Origin: the human T2T-CHM13v2.0 reference genome, Homo sapiens
Assembly (NCBI RefSeq): GCF_009914755.1
Contig: NC_060930.1
Length of the DNA: 64,000 bases
Strand: one strand, 5' to 3'
The notes under the pieces are model-generated. The model made no database searches and was not told where the DNA came from. It saw only the letters and a program-made list of their open reading frames with translations. This document shows, in pieces, positions 51,400 to 64,000 of this stretch. A program made the position numbers and the translations under genes. The stretch's first letter is position 1; every line of letters begins with the position of its first letter.

Positions 51400-51439
51400 C
51401 TTTCCCCCCCACCCCCCAACCAGGAGACGGTTCCCAAGG

Positions 51440-51700
51440 CCCGCCTCTCCCCATCACCAACTAATCAGTTGACTCTTTCAAAAAAGGGGGCGTCCCGGAA
51501 GCTCTACCGACCAGTAAGAGACCTGGGTGCTGAGCACGTGAATCAACAGATGCGGATGACTGTGTAGGCGGGCCCAATGGGAGCACAGCAGCAGGAAGTA
51601 ACTTCCAGACAGTGCCATACCGCCAAGCGCATGCGCCAAACAGGCTCCAGTGATAAAGCGCCTGGGAGATGTAGTACCCAGTATTAAGGTCCACCATCTC
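51440..51700 (-). promoter_or_regulatory. ATF6B CpG-rich promoter
   Basis: ETS CCGGAAG 51495-51501, E-box CACGTG 51535-51540, CCAAT 51574-51578, inverted ETS pair GGAAGT-A-ACTTCC 51594-51606, NRF1 palindrome GCGCATGCGC 51627-51636. Confidence 0.75.
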
Positions 51701-51917
51701 CCCCAGCCACTACTAAGTTTAGTTTAGACAGCTTCTATGTGTCCTCGGAGATAGATAAGCCCCTCAAAAGGGGCGCACTGTGACCACTGCTACCTCCCCT
51801 AGGAAGCCAAAAGCTGAGAATGGGATATGGGCTGAAACCTTCCCTCTGGCCCCCCACCCCCAAATCTCACAGCACAGACCACAATTCACAAGTTCCTGTC
51901 TCTTTTAAGGTTTAACT

Positions 51918-51923
51918 TTTAAT
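51918..51923 (-). terminator. FKBPL polyadenylation signal ATTAAA overlapping the stop codon
   Basis: Minus strand reads GGC TGA TTAAAA; the A of TGA is the first base of ATTAAA. Confidence 0.65.
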
Positions 51924-52972
51924 CAGCCAAACATCTTGCGCAGACCCTGAGCCAGCCCTGCATCCTGGTTCTTCCCCTGAATGACCACCTTCCCCAGTTC
52001 CTCCTGGGCTGCCCGGTTTTTGGGATCTATCGCCAGCACCTTCTTGAGGTCAGCAGTTGCTTTTTCCAGGTTCCCAAGGGCAGCCTGGGCAACCCCCCTT
52101 CGGTATAAGGCCTTTAAATGGCCAGGCTCCCGCTCCAACACCCGGTCACAGCTCTGGGCTGCCAACTGAGGCTGCCCTAGCAACAACTGACAGGCAGCCA
52201 GATTGGCATGAAGGACAGTTCGTTCTGGAGGGCCAGGTGGGGGTAAAGTCAGGAGCAGCCGAAGAGCCCGTCCATAGCATCGGGCAGCTCCTTCAGGGTT
52301 CCCAGCTCGAAATAGTTCTGTGCCCCTTGCACGTTCTTCCCTGGCCAGGGCTTCCTTCTCGCTAGTCTCCAGCTCCCAGGAGTCTCGGCCTTGAGTGAAG
52401 GATGCCAGTGTGAGCCTGACAGGAGGTCCAGAGTGCCCAGGCAGCTGAAGCTCTGCTTCCTCACCTTGACACATGGACTCCAAGCATTTCTCTATGAGCT
52501 CCCCCCAAGTTTCCTCCCTCCATGGCCCTACGCCCATAGTTAGCTCTGTCCAGCCCTCTGGCGGCCCTGATCCGAAAGGAAACCCCAAAGCCAGTACCCG
52601 GCAGCAGGAGCCTAGTTTGGGTTTGTCCAAGCCATGGCCACGGATTACGATCTTCTTGACAAAGCTCCCATCGGGGCAGTACCAGAGATCAGAAGCTTGA
52701 AGGGCCTCTGGCATCTGACTGGTTGATCCATGAGACTTATGAGAGTCTCCTTCAAGTTCAGCAACCAGTTTTTCAGCTCCTTGAGTATGCTCTAGAATTT
52801 GGCTGGCTGGATCTGGGCTTACTTCCAGCTCAAGCGTTTCGGTAGGAGGGTCTCGGGGCTGCTGCCTAATCTGAATAACTGAATCAAGGTTCTCCCGAAG
52901 GTTCTTTTCCCACTCTTGTTGCGGCTGAGAGGTGTCCTTTTCTCCAATTGTATTGACTGGTGGCGTCTCCAT
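51923..52972 (-). CDS. FKBPL: FK506-binding protein-like (WISp39/DIR1), 349 aa, degenerate PPIase + TPR repeats
   Basis: 1050-nt ORF METPPVNTIGEKD...GLRKMFG; FKBP-like GSFVKKIVIRGHG block and TPRs (LHANLAACQLLLGQ, KALYRRGVAQAALG); exon 2 acceptor ttttcttttcag before 53046. Confidence 0.97.
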   Translation of the reverse strand: METPPVNTIGEKDTSQPQQEWEKNLRENLDSVIQIRQQPRDPPTETLELEVSPDPASQILEHTQGAEKLVAELEGDSHKSHGSTSQMPEALQASDLWYCPDGSFVKKIVIRGHGLDKPKLGSCCRVLALGFPFGSGPPEGWTELTMGVGPWREETWGELIEKCLESMCQGEEAELQLPGHSGPPVRLTLASFTQGRDSWELETSEKEALAREERARGTELFRAGNPEGAARCYGRALRLLLTLPPPGPPERTVLHANLAACQLLLGQPQLAAQSCDRVLEREPGHLKALYRRGVAQAALGNLEKATADLKKVLAIDPKNRAAQEELGKVVIQGKNQDAGLAQGLRKMFG

Positions 52973-53286
52973 ATGGATGCTTAGTCCCTTCCACGGTGAG
53001 TGAACAGTTTTGGTCAGAAAGGGATGAACCAGGTTCAGGTCAGCACCTGAAAAGAAAACCAAACAATGCTAATAGCAGGGTTCTTATTTAGACTCCTTTC
53101 TCGTCCTTTCCCATTCTTCTGAGACCCAGGCCCCTAGTCCTGAAAGTCCCCAGTTTTGCTTTCCTCCAAAAATCTGCTCCAGCTTCCCCGTTCCACCCAC
53201 ATATAATTTAGAACTATAAATTCCACAATTCCCTGCGGTTAAGGTAGCCGCGCCAACTACGGACACCCGGTCGGGTCAATAAGTAC

Positions 53287-53480
53287 CTGCGCGGCCAAAG
53301 TGCCTAGCATGGTGACAGGAGGAGCCGGGCCATTCGAATCACCTCTCCTTCCAAAGCTAAATGGCTACTGAATGCTGCCCTCGGAGCCTTGCCCCACGCG
53401 GAGAGGGCAGCCGGAGAGGGGCGCGGTGCGGGAGGCGGGGGTAGGGGGCGGAACAACTGGGAAAGATACTGACAACTAAC
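53287..53480 (-). other. FKBPL: FKBPL non-coding exon 1
   Basis: GCAG|gtactt donor at 53287 inside a CpG island; 240-nt intron to the acceptor at 53047; TSS approximate. Confidence 0.7.
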
Positions 53481-53690
53481 CCTGGAGCCCGCGAGACTCC
53501 GAATCTAGTCAAATTCCTGGCAGCCAATCGGGAGAAGGGAGGAATCTGGTTAGCCCGCCTATTGAACGTGACATCATTTCCTCCGCAACCATGAAGCTCC
53601 AGGCCTTAGCAACTGAACTAGGCCAGAGCAACCGAACTAGGCAGAATCGAACAGAATTTGGCGCGGTCGGGCTGGCCAGGCTGCTCAAGA
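53380..53690. promoter_or_regulatory. FKBPL CpG island promoter
   Basis: GC boxes (GGGGCGG near 53445), CCAAT 53524-53528, CpG-rich. Confidence 0.65.
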
Positions 53691-53694
53691 GTCA

Positions 53695-54793
<1,099 letters not shown>

Positions 54794-55239
54794 GTCAAAG
54801 TGTAGAGAAGTCCTGGAATGGAGACTGGGGGCGGATGACAATAGAGTGGAGAATGGCAGAGGTCGTGGTAAATGATAGTGGCAGCAGCCTTTTATCTGGA
54901 GACTTCAGGCCCTCCTATGCTAACTATCTTTATGTTCAGAGCTCATTCAGTACAGGGTGTTCTCCAGGATAAAACCTCGGGACTCTCTCTCCAACCGGCC
55001 CTGTCCCTTGGGTGACTACCTGAGGCTTCTCTTTACCTTTCCTTTCACATCCATCATTGCCTTTCAAGTCCTCCTTCATCAAGAAATCTTAGTGCTTTTC
55101 AAACATAAGTGTGCATACATATCACCTAGGGAACTTGTTAAGTTGCAGATTATGATTTAGGAAGTCTGTTGTGGGGCCTGTGATTCTGCATTTCAATAAG
55201 CTGGTTAATGCAGATGCTGCTGGTTCATAAGCCGTATGT

Positions 55240-62747
<7,508 letters not shown>

Positions 62748-62789
62748 CAATTTCATTCTTTACTATGGCTGTGAAATAATTATTTATTG

Positions 62790-63060
62790 TGTCCTCCAGT
62801 TGCAAGGAGTTTAACAGCATGCCTGGCCGCTGCTCACTAGACGCTAGGAGCACCTCCTCAGTTGTGATAACTGAAACAACTCTAGACATTGCCAAATGTT
62901 CCTGGGGGTGGGATGGGAGGATCACCCACTCTTGAAAACCACTGGTCAAGATGTCCCACAGGAGATACTTGGCAAGACAATGCACAGGTCAGACCCCCAT
63001 GACAAAGAACTATCTGACCCAAAATGTCAATAATCCCTGAAACTGAGAAACCCTAGTTTA
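62790..63060. mobile_element. MER20-like DNA transposon fragments
   Basis: agacattgccaaatgttcctggggg...aaaaccactgg and caaagaactatctgacccaaaatgtcaata...tgagaaaccct. Confidence 0.65.
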
Positions 63061-63064
63061 GACT

Positions 63065-64000
<936 letters not shown>

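Noticed and set aside
51481-51600. Possible ERSE (CCAAT-N9-CCACG) for ATF6 autoregulation
   Set aside because: CCAAT at 51574 and CACGTG at 51535 lack ERSE or ERSE-II spacing and orientation.
52973-53062. 30-aa N-terminal extension of FKBPL in the ORF track (379 aa)
   Set aside because: Begins at a non-ATG codon inside the intron, upstream of the 53047 acceptor; the first in-frame ATG is at 52972.

Overview
Human genomic DNA, recognisable as the MHC class III region of 6p21.3. Three genes lie head-to-tail on the minus strand. FKBPL has a non-coding exon 1 and a single coding exon (349 aa). ATF6B/CREBL1 has 18 exons; I reconstructed a 2112-nt CDS (703 aa) from GT-AG sites read directly in the sequence. 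TNXB (tenascin-X) contributes its 5' part: non-coding exon 1, signal/assembly exon, a 1839-nt EGF-repeat exon and FNIII exons through c.4375, and it continues beyond position 1. The window also holds a 5S rRNA pseudogene, several dozen Alu elements, MIR/L1/L2/L3/MER fragments and an LTR-like element at the right end. Most short ORFs in the track are Alu or GC-rich antisense shadows. I see no new protein-coding gene or new biological system. The best second-look items are: (1) a 741-nt frame-preserving cassette exon in TNXB intron 6 (Pro/Arg-rich linker, a helical segment and an extra FNIII domain); (2) an internal exon-pair duplication in ATF6B (exons 4+5 to 6+7) carrying four SUMO-type motifs; (3) an inverted Alu pair tightly flanking ATF6B exons 6-8, predicting a 354-nt stop-free circRNA; (4) a compound SF-1/ERR site cluster beside the cassette exon; (5) FKBPL's polyA signal overlapping its stop codon, plus two uORFs. 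Repeat boundaries were read by eye and are approximate.
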